From IMG/VR virus record IMGVR_UViG_3300031454_000255, positions 1,779 to 65,778 of that record: DNA of 64,000 nt, one strand, 5' to 3'. Positions 54,190 to 63,461 of this stretch are shown piece by piece. A model generated the notes under the pieces. It ran no database searches and was not told the origin of the DNA. It saw only the letters and a list, made by a program, of their open reading frames with translations. The position numbers were made by a program, and so were the translations under genes. Each line of letters opens with the position of its first letter. Positions within the stretch are counted from its first letter, which is position 1. Source of the DNA: a virus.

Positions 54190-54405
54190 TCATTTCCCGA
54201 AAGCTATTCTTTTCCATCTCGACAATCTTGCAGATACACAATCGCCCTCAACATAAGTTCCGAATCGTCTTTGAATGAACCGAGTCCGGTGTTGCAGGTT
54301 GAACAAAGCAAACCCCGAACCTTTCCTGTCGAATGGCAGTGGTCGACCACTAAATTGAATTATTAAAGGTTTCATATTTCTATCACTCCCTTTTAATTTG
54401 CGCAT
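54190..54405 (-). CDS. Hypothetical protein
   Basis: Short ORF; start uncertain. Confidence 0.35.
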   Translation of the reverse strand: MRKLKGSDRNMKPLIIQFSGRPLPFDRKGSGFALFNLQHRTRFIQRRFGTYVEGDCVSARLSRWKRIAFGK

Positions 54406-54415
54406 CCTTTGTGGT

Positions 54416-54670
54416 TTATGCGGCTTTTCTTTGTCCTCGCGTTCTAGCTTGCATTAGCTCGACTGACTGATTTATCTTGCCGCTTAGAAAAGATTTATCC
54501 ATTTTCAAACGCCGCGCAATTTGTATTTGGTTTAATCCGTCGGCGAATAAATTTTCAAGTTCACCTGGGTTTATATCGCGACGGTTTTTGCCTAGTTTTA
54601 ATTCGAGAACTCGCATTTTTATAAATTGTGTTTTAGCTTGTGCCGCTCCCAATGATTGCAGCCGTAACAT
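54416..54670 (-). CDS. Small HTH-like protein
   Basis: ELENLFADGLNQIQIARRLKMDKSFLS. Confidence 0.55.
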   Translation of the reverse strand: MLRLQSLGAAQAKTQFIKMRVLELKLGKNRRDINPGELENLFADGLNQIQIARRLKMDKSFLSGKINQSVELMQARTRGQRKAA

Positions 54671-55194
54671 TTGACGACGCCTTTCACGTCTAAGCCCTCA
54701 AAACGGCGCGTTTCACGACGAAAACCGGAGTCGGAACAAAACTCACACGGCTTGAAATACGGCGAATTATAGTCGGCTGTGGCATCTGCCGCTTGTTTTA
54801 ATCTGGCAGTCGCCGCCGCCTTCATTTCTTCGGCTTGAATCTCTCGATAAGCGTTCAGTAAATCAAAACCGTTTATCGCAAAATTCGATTTGTGCAACTC
54901 GACGGCGCGTGAATATGCCGCATCAAGTCGGTTTTCGGGAATGGCTTTCCAGAGCGTTTCCGTCCAGATGTCGAGCAGTTCTTCGTATTCGTCGCCGGAT
55001 TTATTTTGCCCGGCAAACGCCTGGACTTTGCGAAGAATTCGCCCCACTCTCGCCCTGTAAAACTCGGTCGCGTTCGGCGAGAACGTCGTCAACTTGCCGG
55101 AATACTCTGTTTCGTTCGGCGGCTTCACGCTGTCGCCGCTGGGCGTCGGTCTCTGGAAATCTGCCGCCGTGACGTTTTTGAATGCCTGTTCCAT
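54619..55194 (-). CDS. Replication-associated protein (helicase-loader position)
   Basis: Directly downstream of the initiator; C-terminal CEFC...CYGC. Confidence 0.5.
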   Translation of the reverse strand: MEQAFKNVTAADFQRPTPSGDSVKPPNETEYSGKLTTFSPNATEFYRARVGRILRKVQAFAGQNKSGDEYEELLDIWTETLWKAIPENRLDAAYSRAVELHKSNFAINGFDLLNAYREIQAEEMKAAATARLKQAADATADYNSPYFKPCEFCSDSGFRRETRRFEGLDVKGVVKCYGCNHWERHKLKHNL

Positions 55195-55948
55195 CGTTTG
55201 ATTCTCCGTTTGCTTGATAGGCTTCGTAAAAGCCCGTAAATTTCTCGATATTGCTGCCTTTTCTGCAAATTAATTCGATGTCGTCGTATTTCGTTCCCGT
55301 GTCATTTTCGCCTTGATGGAATGGTGAAAGGTGACAACCTTTGACCGCGATTTTTATTTGCTCAACTGAATAACCTTCCTTGAGCCGGTTGATGATTCTG
55401 CGGCGGCGTTCGTTCGTGAATTTGGCTTGTGTGTGATTTAACTCCGCTTGCCAAAACGAAAAGACTTCGGTTGCTGGAATTCCGAATGAGCCGTTGAGCG
55501 TTTCGCTCGACAAGTTTCCCTTAGGAAACTCTTCTTCTTGCTGGTTAATGGCTGGTAAAGGCTGGTTATTCCTTATATGCGAGTCTAAATTTTTAGACTT
55601 TGAGTCTAAATTTTTAGACTTTGAGTCTAAATTTTTAGACTTGTTGGTATCTTGAAAGTCTAAATTTTTAGACTTATTAACAGGCTGGAAATCTCCCACA
55701 AGCGGGACTAAGCCGCCGCTAGATTTGACCACCCAAGATTTTTCCGTTAATTCTTTCTGCACGTTAAATTTTGTTGCTCTGCTCCAATGGTAAAACGCGG
55801 CGCATTCATCGAATCCTTTCGGCGCAATGCCGGTTTTGTGGTTTCGATATCGACAGACGAAAGAATAACCAAGCTGTGAAGCCGGTTGAAGTTCTCCGTA
55901 TCTGTCGAGAGCATCGTCTGGAATAAATGCCATAATTAAAGTTCGCAC
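55001..55948 (-). CDS. Replication initiator (lambda O-like) carrying internal iterons
   Basis: N-terminal HTH-like region, SKNLD repeats, C-domain EVFSFWQAELN...RLKEGYSVEQIKIAV...KYDDIELICR. Confidence 0.8.
   Translation of the reverse strand: MRTLIMAFIPDDALDRYGELQPASQLGYSFVCRYRNHKTGIAPKGFDECAAFYHWSRATKFNVQKELTEKSWVVKSSGGLVPLVGDFQPVNKSKNLDFQDTNKSKNLDSKSKNLDSKSKNLDSHIRNNQPLPAINQQEEEFPKGNLSSETLNGSFGIPATEVFSFWQAELNHTQAKFTNERRRRIINRLKEGYSVEQIKIAVKGCHLSPFHQGENDTGTKYDDIELICRKGSNIEKFTGFYEAYQANGESNDGTGIQKRHGGRFPETDAQRRQREAAERNRVFRQVDDVLAERDRVLQGESGANSSQSPGVCRAK
55581..55675. repeat. Iterons (probable replication origin)
   Basis: Three tandem 21-bp units GAGTCTAAATTTTTAGACTTT plus a fourth copy; each unit is an inverted repeat (AGTCTAAA-TT-TTTAGACT). 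Confidence 0.85.
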
Positions 55949-56376
55949 CCAAAACCTTCGACTGCAAAATCCAACATTTCTGTATTTGAAACAATAACTT
56001 CTTGCGATAAATCAATAATTTTCATTGCAAGCATCGGCGTCGCCCCGCCGTCAAGCCGGTGGTCAAAAAGTGAAGCGCCATATTTAAGAGTCTTGTGAAA
56101 ATAAAAGAATTCTTCATACAGCCAGTCGATTTCCTCACCGCTAATATCAAACCATTCGCCTCGCTTTCTAAAATCCTTAAAATGGTCGTGCAAATGCTTT
56201 TCGTGTTCGGTCGTAGCAAGCCAGGCTTCAACAAGCTCAAAGTCATTCGGCATCGGCAACAAGGTTTTTTGTTTTCGTAAATCTTTAACTCGCTTTTGCG
56301 GGTCGTTACTAAAACCAATTTTGTGAAAGCCGGTAAAGTTATCTTTAATTAAGTAAATCCAAGTTTGATTGGGCAT
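55936..56376 (-). CDS. GIY-YIG-like (T5orf172/Mug113-type) nuclease
   Basis: WIYLIKDNFTGFHKIGFSNDPQKRVKDL...EKHLHDHFKDFRKRGEWF. Confidence 0.8.
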   Translation of the reverse strand: MPNQTWIYLIKDNFTGFHKIGFSNDPQKRVKDLRKQKTLLPMPNDFELVEAWLATTEHEKHLHDHFKDFRKRGEWFDISGEEIDWLYEEFFYFHKTLKYGASLFDHRLDGGATPMLAMKIIDLSQEVIVSNTEMLDFAVEGFGCEL

Positions 56377-56480
56377 AAATAGTGGTGATCCTTATGTTTT
56401 AATTTGCCCTTGATTAAAAAATCAAGATAAGCTACTATACCAATTGATTAGCTTGAAGTCAACACATTTGGTATAGCTTT

Positions 56481-56720
56481 ATGAATAATTTGCAAAATAT
56501 ATATTCCATCGGTATATTGAACGGTGTGAATGGTAACGACCTTAAAGCCTTTCGGGAACGATGTAACTTTACGCAAGAGTCACTTGCCAAAGAGTTGAGA
56601 GTCGCAGCCAACACCGTTGCCCGCTGGGAGCGCAACGAACGCCGCATCCCTGAATTTCTTGAACTTGCTTTGCAAACCATTGAAAGGAATCTCCAGCTAA
56701 AAAATAAAATCGCTTTTTGA
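56481..56720 (+). CDS. XRE-family HTH regulator
   Basis: LKAFRERCNFTQESLAKELRVAANTVARWERNE; paralog of 19011..19205. Confidence 0.8.
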   Translation: MNNLQNIYSIGILNGVNGNDLKAFRERCNFTQESLAKELRVAANTVARWERNERRIPEFLELALQTIERNLQLKNKIAF

Positions 56721-56749
56721 TTAGAGAAAGCGACAAAACTCTCCAGCAT

Positions 56750-57472
56750 TTACGCCCAAATCTGACCAAACATCGAAAGATAAAAACTCAATCCTAAAAA
56801 GGCGAAAATCAGAGCAAACGGAATATCTTCGTCATTCGGCGCACTTCCTTTGTAATGCTCATTCGCGCCAAAAGAATTCGCCGCCGCATTTGGTTTTTCA
56901 GTTTCGTTATTCATCGCTTGCGAATAATTACTATCCTCATCGTCGGTTATGCCGAGCGAATCAAATTCAGCCGATTCTTTTATCAGTTTTTTTATTCCAT
57001 CCGATAATTTGTCGTAAACTTTTTGGTCAAAATCTATTAACGAAAAATGCAATAAATCATTTATCCGTTCCGGTATCGGCATCCCTTTTGGAACGCCTGA
57101 AATACCGCTAACGGCAGTTTTCCCACTCTCTTTTTCGGTTATCGTAACCAAACAACATTTGTCGAGAATGTTTTTTTCATCAAAACCTTTGAGTTCTTCG
57201 CTTGTAAATTCACGTCCGCGCCAATTGACTAAATCTTTTCTGAGATTAGCTTTTTCCCCCAATGACGCTGTGTAAAATTTACTTGTAATGAAAGGTTTTC
57301 CGTCGTCGCGTAATTCGTTCGGTAGTTCCCAGAAAATTATGTTTTTTCTGGCAACGGTACGCTCGCCTTTGTACTCGCCGGTTTGGGTTCCGATGTCAAT
57401 AATTTTTATGCACCGTGCAAGAAAAGTTCCCGCAGGGGCTGATTCAAAAGTTGTCGATTCATTTTTCCACAT
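56750..57472 (-). CDS. Phage single-stranded DNA-binding protein-like, with hydrophobic C-terminal extension
   Basis: APAGTFLARCIKIIDIGTQ...SKFYTASLGEKANLRKDLVNWRG; acidic tail DEDIPF then ALIFAFLGLSFYLSMFGQIWA. Confidence 0.6.
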   Translation of the reverse strand: MWKNESTTFESAPAGTFLARCIKIIDIGTQTGEYKGERTVARKNIIFWELPNELRDDGKPFITSKFYTASLGEKANLRKDLVNWRGREFTSEELKGFDEKNILDKCCLVTITEKESGKTAVSGISGVPKGMPIPERINDLLHFSLIDFDQKVYDKLSDGIKKLIKESAEFDSLGITDDEDSNYSQAMNNETEKPNAAANSFGANEHYKGSAPNDEDIPFALIFAFLGLSFYLSMFGQIWA

Positions 57473-57716
57473 AGTATTTTGTTCCTTATTCGTATTAGTA
57501 TTCAGATTGCCGCAACCACACCGGCTTATGGTTAAACTTTTTATTTACCAAAGATTAGCAGAACGCCCCTTCCAAGCCGCTTTGGGTTTGGTGGTGGAGT
57601 GTCAAGGCTGATAAACGCCGACTCGCTGCGTTAAATTTCGCCGCGCTCTTCCAAAAAAGTCTCGGCAAGCGATTGCATCTTTTCGAGGCATTGTTGTTTT
57701 GTTAGAAGTTGGCTCA

Positions 57717-58124
57717 CTATTTTAATTTAATTTTAGTTCCGAAAATTGGTGTCTCGTTTAAAGAAACTGTTGTTTTAATTTCCTTTTTACCGTCGTCTTT
57801 CCAAATGATTTTTTCGGGAAAGATATTTTTTTGTTTTTTAATTTCCAAAGCTTCCAAAAGCGCGTCTGTAAAACCTGCTATATCCTTTGCGTGAATTAAC
57901 ATTCTTTTGAGTTCATCCATACAATCGGCAATACGTTCGGTCGGAACTTTCTCGAATATGTCTCGTATCGTTTTTAATTCGTGTTCAGGCATAATTCCTT
58001 CTAAAACTGCGGCATATTTTTTATTTATCGCGGACGGCTGCTTGCCCTGACCGCCCGCGTTTTGAAACCATAAAATGAGGTCAAATTCATTTTTTTTTAG
58101 GTTTCCCCTGCCGGAGAGTGTCAA
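57717..58124 (-). CDS. Hypothetical protein
   Basis: Start uncertain. Confidence 0.4.
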   Translation of the reverse strand: MTLSGRGNLKKNEFDLILWFQNAGGQGKQPSAINKKYAAVLEGIMPEHELKTIRDIFEKVPTERIADCMDELKRMLIHAKDIAGFTDALLEALEIKKQKNIFPEKIIWKDDGKKEIKTTVSLNETPIFGTKIKLK

Positions 58125-58229
58125 CGTTTCCGCTAAACTTGATTAATCCGGCGCGCCGTTCTTTTTTTTTGTATGGTTCTTCAGTCGTATAAAAAAAAAA
58201 TGGCAATATGCCGAACGCGCCGAAACTTG

Positions 58230-58577
58230 TTAAATCTCAATAATTTCTATCTCTACGCGAGCATTATTTCGGTCGTCAAACCGATAGGCGAATAGCTCAG
58301 TGATTTGCCGGTCATCCTTGTAAATTAAACCTGTTAGCGAATCCAGCGCGCTTTTTAACGCCGAATCTATATCGCCTGCTTTTCTCGGTCGAAAGATGTC
58401 TATTTTCACCCTTACTTCACCCGTAAGCACTGTTTTTACTTTTCCGCCGATTAGCGCGGCAACCGTCTTTTTGTACTCCCGCCCTTTCTTCGACAAAATT
58501 CTGCGTCCTTGGTATGTCGCGTACATTGAATTCGCCAAAGGTGGAAATGGTAAAGTTATTTTGATTTGCTGTTTCAT
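58230..58577 (-). CDS. rusA: Holliday junction resolvase RusA
   Basis: PFPPLANSMY...GDIDSALKSALDSLTGLIYKDDRQI. Confidence 0.85.
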   Translation of the reverse strand: MKQQIKITLPFPPLANSMYATYQGRRILSKKGREYKKTVAALIGGKVKTVLTGEVRVKIDIFRPRKAGDIDSALKSALDSLTGLIYKDDRQITELFAYRFDDRNNARVEIEIIEI

Positions 58578-58858
58578 TTAACTTTCTCAATTAGTCGTAC
58601 ACGCTCTAAATACTCATCGCCGTCTTTTGTGTAAATCACGAAAAGCGATGGTGTTACGCCGTGAGCTAAACCGAAATAAATCATTGTGATTTCACTTGTC
58701 CGTCTGATTTCGTCGATTTCCGCTTGCGCGTCAGGGTAGTTGCAAAGCAGGTCTGAAATTAATGTGAAATTATTATCGTATTTGCTCATCAACCAATCCC
58801 CGGAAATCTCACTCGAACCATCTTTAGGAACTCTCTGTTTCGCAGTCGCCTCTGCCAA
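58574..58858 (-). CDS. Hypothetical protein
   Basis: Overlaps the rusA start. Confidence 0.5.
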   Translation of the reverse strand: MAEATAKQRVPKDGSSEISGDWLMSKYDNNFTLISDLLCNYPDAQAEIDEIRRTSEITMIYFGLAHGVTPSLFVIYTKDGDEYLERVRLIEKVK

Positions 58859-58897
58859 CTTGCTTTATCCGTACACGCTTTTATGCAGAGGCACGCT

Positions 58898-59092
58898 TTA
58901 ATCTTTCCCGCCGAATCTTTGTTTTTGTGGAAAAGACATTCGACTATTTTCGGCAATGCTTTTTTCACCGTCTAAAACTCTTTGCGTATTCGCAATTTGC
59001 AAAATGGCTGATATACAAATTTTCCCCTGTCGCGGCGGCGCGTTCCTTTTCTTCTTTCGTCGCAAATCTGTAAATTCCTTTTTCGCGGTCAA
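58898..59092 (-). CDS. Hypothetical basic protein
   Basis: ATGA overlap with its neighbour. Confidence 0.4.
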   Translation of the reverse strand: MTAKKEFTDLRRKKKRNAPPRQGKICISAILQIANTQRVLDGEKSIAENSRMSFPQKQRFGGKD

Positions 59093-59361
59093 TAACCAGA
59101 TTTCCGTTCGCCGCGTGCGCGGTCGGCAAAATAAATTGTCGCCGTCACGTCAAAAAATCTGGCAAGGATATTCCGGCGGGCAAAATCCTCGAACCACGTC
59201 GCTTGCCGATAGAAAAAGTTTTTGTCAGGCAGTTTGTCCGTAATGCTCAAAAAGATTGTTATTAAGCGCGGGACAATGCCGTAAATAACATCTTTGTTGA
59301 CTTCGACCGTGCGCCGCTCGAATTGTTTTAGTTCGTCTAAAATTTCTTTGGTAATCTGCAT
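59089..59361 (-). CDS. Hypothetical protein
   Basis: Intact ORF. Confidence 0.5.
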   Translation of the reverse strand: MQITKEILDELKQFERRTVEVNKDVIYGIVPRLITIFLSITDKLPDKNFFYRQATWFEDFARRNILARFFDVTATIYFADRARGERKSGY

Positions 59362-59535
59362 TTTCTTCTGGTGAAACTTTCTGCTTTTTTCACCTGTTAA
59401 AACGTTTCAAAATTCTCTAATCTCGTAATTGCTGTAGCCGCGAAAGGCTAATGCGAGCGAGCCGTTAGTCGAACAGCGGATTCGCTTATGCGCCGGGTAA
59501 TCGAAGTTCTACGGAAACAGTAAATTGCCCGACTT

Positions 59536-59579
59536 TTTGAAACGGCTGAATTTTTGAAAGTTGATTCAGCCGTTTCAAA
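59536..59579. terminator. 16-bp perfect inverted repeat (terminator-like) downstream of the HNH-AP2 gene
   Basis: TTTGAAACGGCTGAAT-12-ATTCAGCCGTTTCAAA. Confidence 0.6.
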
Positions 59580-59583
59580 GTTT

Positions 59584-60099
59584 TTAGATTTTTGACAATC
59601 GAAAATTAGGTTCGGGGAAGTTTAAGCAAGCGAACTCCCCGAACAACTCTTTTGCTTTTTCGTCGTAGGCTTTTGCTGCTTCTTCGGCAGTATTGAAAGC
59701 ACCGAGACGGTAGACAATTTTTTCTTTACATATTGCCGCTAAAAACTTTCTCTGTTTTTCGATATAATTCACTCCTTTGAAGTGACACAAGCAACCTTTT
59801 CTTTTTCGTCGGTTTCTTCTGTTTTGGGCGACTGTTGCTAGACGCAAATTACAACGGCGATTGTTAAGCGTGTCAGCGTTTTTATGGTCAACTTCAACGC
59901 CTTTTGGCGCATTTAGAATAAATCGGTGCAAAAGTAAGGTTGTATGTTTGCCATTTTGAATAAACGCTCGTTTGGCGTAATAAATAACATCGAATTTTCT
60001 AATTATCTTTTGAGCGCACCATTTGAAAGCGGAAACGCGCTCAAAATCTTCGTCGTCAATAATTGCAACTTGGCTTTGTGTTAAGATAATTTCCTTCAT
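59584..60099 (-). CDS. HNH-AP2 homing endonuclease
   Basis: LHRFIL...EVDHKNADTLNNRRCNLR; AP2 domain FKGV...RLGAFNTAEEAAKAYDEKAKELFGEFA. Confidence 0.9.
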   Translation of the reverse strand: MKEIILTQSQVAIIDDEDFERVSAFKWCAQKIIRKFDVIYYAKRAFIQNGKHTTLLLHRFILNAPKGVEVDHKNADTLNNRRCNLRLATVAQNRRNRRKRKGCLCHFKGVNYIEKQRKFLAAICKEKIVYRLGAFNTAEEAAKAYDEKAKELFGEFACLNFPEPNFRLSKI

Positions 60100-60341
60100 T
60101 TTTCTTCCTCGTTTTTTAGCGGCGGAATGGGCAGCCAATGTGTCGGAAATCGAGTGCTATTAAAATCTATCCATCCGGCTTTTCTAAACGGCGGATTGTA
60201 ATGGTAATAAGCAATGCTGTAGCACTCGACTTTCTCGTTTGGTATTCCGTCGTAATGCACCAAAACCTGTTTGGAATGTTCCCAGCCCTCTTTCGCTTCG
60301 GGCAATCCGTCTTTAACATCAATCCATTTTTGTTCGTTCAT
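60096..60341 (-). CDS. DUF551/Eaa-like protein
   Basis: WIDVKDGLPE...THWLPIPP. Confidence 0.75.
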   Translation of the reverse strand: MNEQKWIDVKDGLPEAKEGWEHSKQVLVHYDGIPNEKVECYSIAYYHYNPPFRKAGWIDFNSTRFPTHWLPIPPLKNEEEK

Positions 60342-60452
60342 ATATTTATTCTTTATCCTCATCCTCACGCCTTTATTTCAAGCCGAAAAATCGGTCGAAA
60401 GCGGCGGCAAATCTGTAAATAATCCGTTGCGCGAATTTTGGTAAATTCATAC

Positions 60453-60788
60453 TTAGGTCAGTGGGAAAAATCCTTTATTTTCTAAAATAACCGCCAGTAA
60501 TTTGGCGTAAATTGCGGCTCGCGTGTCGGCTTGCACGAAAAAATGTGCGTCTGAATTAGCTCTCACGCCGTTCGGATTGGCTCGCAAGATGCCGTGAAAC
60601 TTGTGTTGTGTTTCTTGTCCTACAACCGCATTACCTTCGTTGATTTTGACTTCAAAGCCTTCAGGCACGAACGCCTGAAGAATTTTCTTGATTTCCTTTT
60701 CGGCTTCGGCTTTAAGAATGTGCGTTCGCCAAACTCTGGCGGCGTATTTGGTTTCTTGCGAATTTATAACGCTGTGTTCAGTAATCAT
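60453..60788 (-). CDS. Hypothetical protein
   Basis: AGGAG RBS. Confidence 0.6.
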   Translation of the reverse strand: MITEHSVINSQETKYAARVWRTHILKAEAEKEIKKILQAFVPEGFEVKINEGNAVVGQETQHKFHGILRANPNGVRANSDAHFFVQADTRAAIYAKLLAVILENKGFFPLT

Positions 60789-60801
60789 CAGTTTTCTCCT
60801 A

Positions 60802-60978
60802 TTAAAAACTCCTTAAAAAGTGCAGCACGTCGCGGTTTCCGTAGATAATCGAGGCGGCGAACATTGCGATACAGAAAGTAATCGCGCAGATGGTTATAGC
60901 GGTTCGGACGCCGGAGGCGATTTCGTAAGATAATTTGTCGTCAGGTGTTGTTTCGTCGTCAGATAATAAGCAGCCCAT
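60802..60978 (-). CDS. Small membrane protein
   Basis: AAGGAG RBS; AITICAITFCIAMFAASIIY. Confidence 0.55.
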   Translation of the reverse strand: MGCLLSDDETTPDDKLSYEIASGVRTAITICAITFCIAMFAASIIYGNRDVLHFLRSF

Positions 60979-60997
60979 ATTTTTTCTCCTTAAATTG

Positions 60998-61300
60998 TTA
61001 GCGGTAAATGTTGTGTTCGCCGTAGGATTCATCGAGAACCGCCGCGAAGTTTCCGTTTCGTATGTCCGCTTCATCGGCGAGACGGCGGACGAGTTCCGCG
61101 CTGTAACCGTGATACTCGACAAACTCGTGCGGGTATTCCCGCTCAAAACTGCGGCGGTGCTGTTCGCACATAATTGCGTATTCGGTTGAGCCGAGCCTTA
61201 TTACCAGAAACTTAGCGGGCGCGTTGCAACAGAATCCCCAAGCAATTAGCTGGTCGCAGGTGTCTTTAATTTTTGTTTCCGATGTTTTGATTTGCGTCAT
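60998..61300 (-). CDS. Hypothetical protein
   Basis: AAGGAG RBS before MTQIK. Confidence 0.55.
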   Translation of the reverse strand: MTQIKTSETKIKDTCDQLIAWGFCCNAPAKFLVIRLGSTEYAIMCEQHRRSFEREYPHEFVEYHGYSAELVRRLADEADIRNGNFAAVLDESYGEHNIYR

Positions 61301-61308
61301 TTTTCTCC

Positions 61309-61587
61309 TTAAATCTGCGCCGCCCGCGCTCTTTGTTTTTGTTTTTCGGTTAAACCTTTTGTCCGGTTCGCGCCCGGCGGCAAGATGCGCGGCGCGTTGG
61401 CTTCTTCGAGCCTTCGGTCGGCGCGGCGAATATCGTTTCGCGTCCAATACTGTTTTGAACTGCCGGTGAATTTGCGTCCTGCCGTCAGAATTCCAGCTTT
61501 TATCATTCGGGCAAGCGTGTAGTTACTGACTCCGAAATGCTGGAGAATCGCGCCGCGCCGGTAAATTAGTTTTGGCTGGTCGTTCAT
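61309..61587 (-). CDS. AlpA/excisionase-like DNA-binding protein
   Basis: IYRRGAILQHFGVSNYTLARMIKAGIL...QYWTRNDI. Confidence 0.65.
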   Translation of the reverse strand: MNDQPKLIYRRGAILQHFGVSNYTLARMIKAGILTAGRKFTGSSKQYWTRNDIRRADRRLEEANAPRILPPGANRTKGLTEKQKQRARAAQI

Positions 61588-61946
61588 ATCTTTAAAGTCT
61601 CGGTTTCGGCTTCAATGTCTCCGCAAATAAGGCGGTCAAGCTCTTTCAATTCATTTTTCCGCTCAGTGATTGTGGTAGTTTTGAATTCGTATTTTTGCAA
61701 CTCACGTTTAAATTTCTTATGCGCTCTCGACTGCGGACGCGAAACCCAAAAATTATGGTCGAATGTCTGCCAGCAATCGTCATTACAGAGAACGACGTGC
61801 GCGGTTTGCGCTTTATTGTTCGGGTTTAAATACGGCTTTGACAGCACCGTTTGACCTGTGTAAAGCGAGCTATGGCAAGCGTTACAACTTGTGTTACGGG
61901 TTAAAACCGTTTCCTTGAAAGTGTCTCTGGCTGTGATAATCGACAT
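61584..61946 (-). CDS. Hypothetical CxxC protein
   Basis: CNACH...LCNDDCW. Confidence 0.5.
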   Translation of the reverse strand: MSIITARDTFKETVLTRNTSCNACHSSLYTGQTVLSKPYLNPNNKAQTAHVVLCNDDCWQTFDHNFWVSRPQSRAHKKFKRELQKYEFKTTTITERKNELKELDRLICGDIEAETETLKI

Positions 61947-62169
61947 AAAATTTATGCGGGTCTGTAACTTCCCCGCCGTCAAACCGCTTTTACCGCTCAC
62001 TTTGCGGCTTTTACAAGTGGGTTTTACTTTTGAGCAGCCTTATCTGCTCTGCCATTGTGGGCATCCCTTCACACTCGCTTCGTATTTCCGCCTTCTGGTA
62101 ATCCAAGCCTAAAAAGGTCAAGGCACGTTTTTGGCGATTGCCGAAATACTACCGACGCCCTTGCGAATT

Positions 62170-62601
62170 TCAATATCTAACGCCGCCGATGTTTTCGACT
62201 TTGCGTTCTTCGTAAAGTTTTGCAGTAAATTTCCCGCAAAACTTTCTGAAATTCTTTTTAGCATTTTGGACGAATGTGGAATTTTGATAATTCGCTCGAC
62301 CTTTTGCTCTCATATCAGCCAAGTTTTCGGCTTGAGTTCCGAGAAACAAATGATTTGGGTTGATACATTTTCGGTTATCGCATTTGTGGCAAACAAATAA
62401 TTTTTTAGGGTCAACCCCAAAAGTGAAGTAGTAAGAAATTCGGTGAGGGTAACGCCAAAATTTGCCGTTAATTTTGTATTTCGCGCTCCCGTATCCGTTC
62501 GGCAATATGAAGCCATTCCATTCCCAGCAACTATCTTCACCTTTGCTTTTATCGGCATACGCCCAAAACCTTTCGCGCTGTGTATATTTGTTTTCAGGCA
62601 T
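62170..62601 (-). CDS. HNH endonuclease (HNH_3-type)
   Basis: RFWAY...CWEWNG...HRISY...[24 protein letters not shown]. Confidence 0.88.
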   Translation of the reverse strand: MPENKYTQRERFWAYADKSKGEDSCWEWNGFILPNGYGSAKYKINGKFWRYPHRISYYFTFGVDPKKLFVCHKCDNRKCINPNHLFLGTQAENLADMRAKGRANYQNSTFVQNAKKNFRKFCGKFTAKLYEERKVENIGGVRY

Positions 62602-63059
62602 TAGACAAAAACGCCTCCAATTTTTTCTCTTTTTACTGCTTTGGTGTAGCCACCGGAAAAATACGGCGCGTTTTCGGGTTTAATTTCCGCAGGCGGCGCG
62701 AGGGCGAAATATCTGCCAAGAATTGCAAAAGTCGCCCGATGGTAACTGTATTGATTTCCGCAATCGCAAAAATTCGAGCAGCCAGATTTTGTTACAACCC
62801 GTTGCTTGTTTGAGTCTTGCGACACGAATGATAAAACGCCGCCGCCGAAATGAATGGTTTTGTTGGTTTCGATGTTCTTCATTGCTTTTTCAAGCGCGGC
62901 GTACATTCTTGAGCCGGATTCTTCATCCTCGAAGCAGACAGCCGTTGCGATTTCCTGCGCGAAGGCAGTTTGAAGAAGTTTTTTGTCTGTGATTAAAGGA
63001 CGGTTGTTTTCCATTCCTTTAACTTGTTGTTTTAGCTTTTCGATTGTGGTAGCTGACAT
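62601..63059 (-). CDS. Hypothetical protein with SWIM-like CxC...H motif
   Basis: [16 protein letters not shown]; AGAGG RBS; downstream of a TTGACA-17-TATTAT promoter. Confidence 0.55.
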   Translation of the reverse strand: MSATTIEKLKQQVKGMENNRPLITDKKLLQTAFAQEIATAVCFEDEESGSRMYAALEKAMKNIETNKTIHFGGGVLSFVSQDSNKQRVVTKSGCSNFCDCGNQYSYHRATFAILGRYFALAPPAEIKPENAPYFSGGYTKAVKREKIGGVFV

Positions 63060-63088
63060 CTTTTGACCTCTCTTTTTAATTGAATTAT

Positions 63089-63143
63089 GTTAACAAAGTT
63101 AACTTAGCAATTAAATAATAAGTTAACAAGGTTAACCTGTCAA
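63089..63143. promoter_or_regulatory. Operator/promoter with four GTTAAC boxes
   Basis: GTTAAC at 63089, 63098, 63122 and 63131; minus-strand TTGACA-17-TATTAT overlaps them. Confidence 0.7.
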
Positions 63144-63167
63144 GTAAAAAAAAGAGAGAAACGCAAA

Positions 63168-63446
63168 TTATTTTTCCGGCATTGTTTTTTCGGTTTCGGA
63201 TAAATCAATCGCCGAAAGATTTTCGCCGCCTTCCGGCAGTGTGTCGGCAAAAAACGCGACGAGTTTCGGGTGTTTATCTACGCGAAAACCATATGCTCCG
63301 CCGCTCTTTAGACAGACGTTTAGAATTGACTCACCGAGAATTACAGACGATACGGAAGCCAAGTCAATTAACAAAAATTCAAATGTTTCTTCGTTTCCAT
63401 TGCGGTCAATGGTCACCGCGTTATTTATTTTTATGAATTTGGACAT
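63168..63446 (-). CDS. Hypothetical protein
   Basis: GGAG RBS. Confidence 0.55.
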   Translation of the reverse strand: MSKFIKINNAVTIDRNGNEETFEFLLIDLASVSSVILGESILNVCLKSGGAYGFRVDKHPKLVAFFADTLPEGGENLSAIDLSETEKTMPEK

Positions 63447-63461
63447 TGCCTTTTTCTCCCG

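Noticed and set aside
55581-55675. CRISPR array
   Set aside because: The repeats are directly tandem without unique spacers, lie in frame inside the initiator gene, and no cas genes are present.
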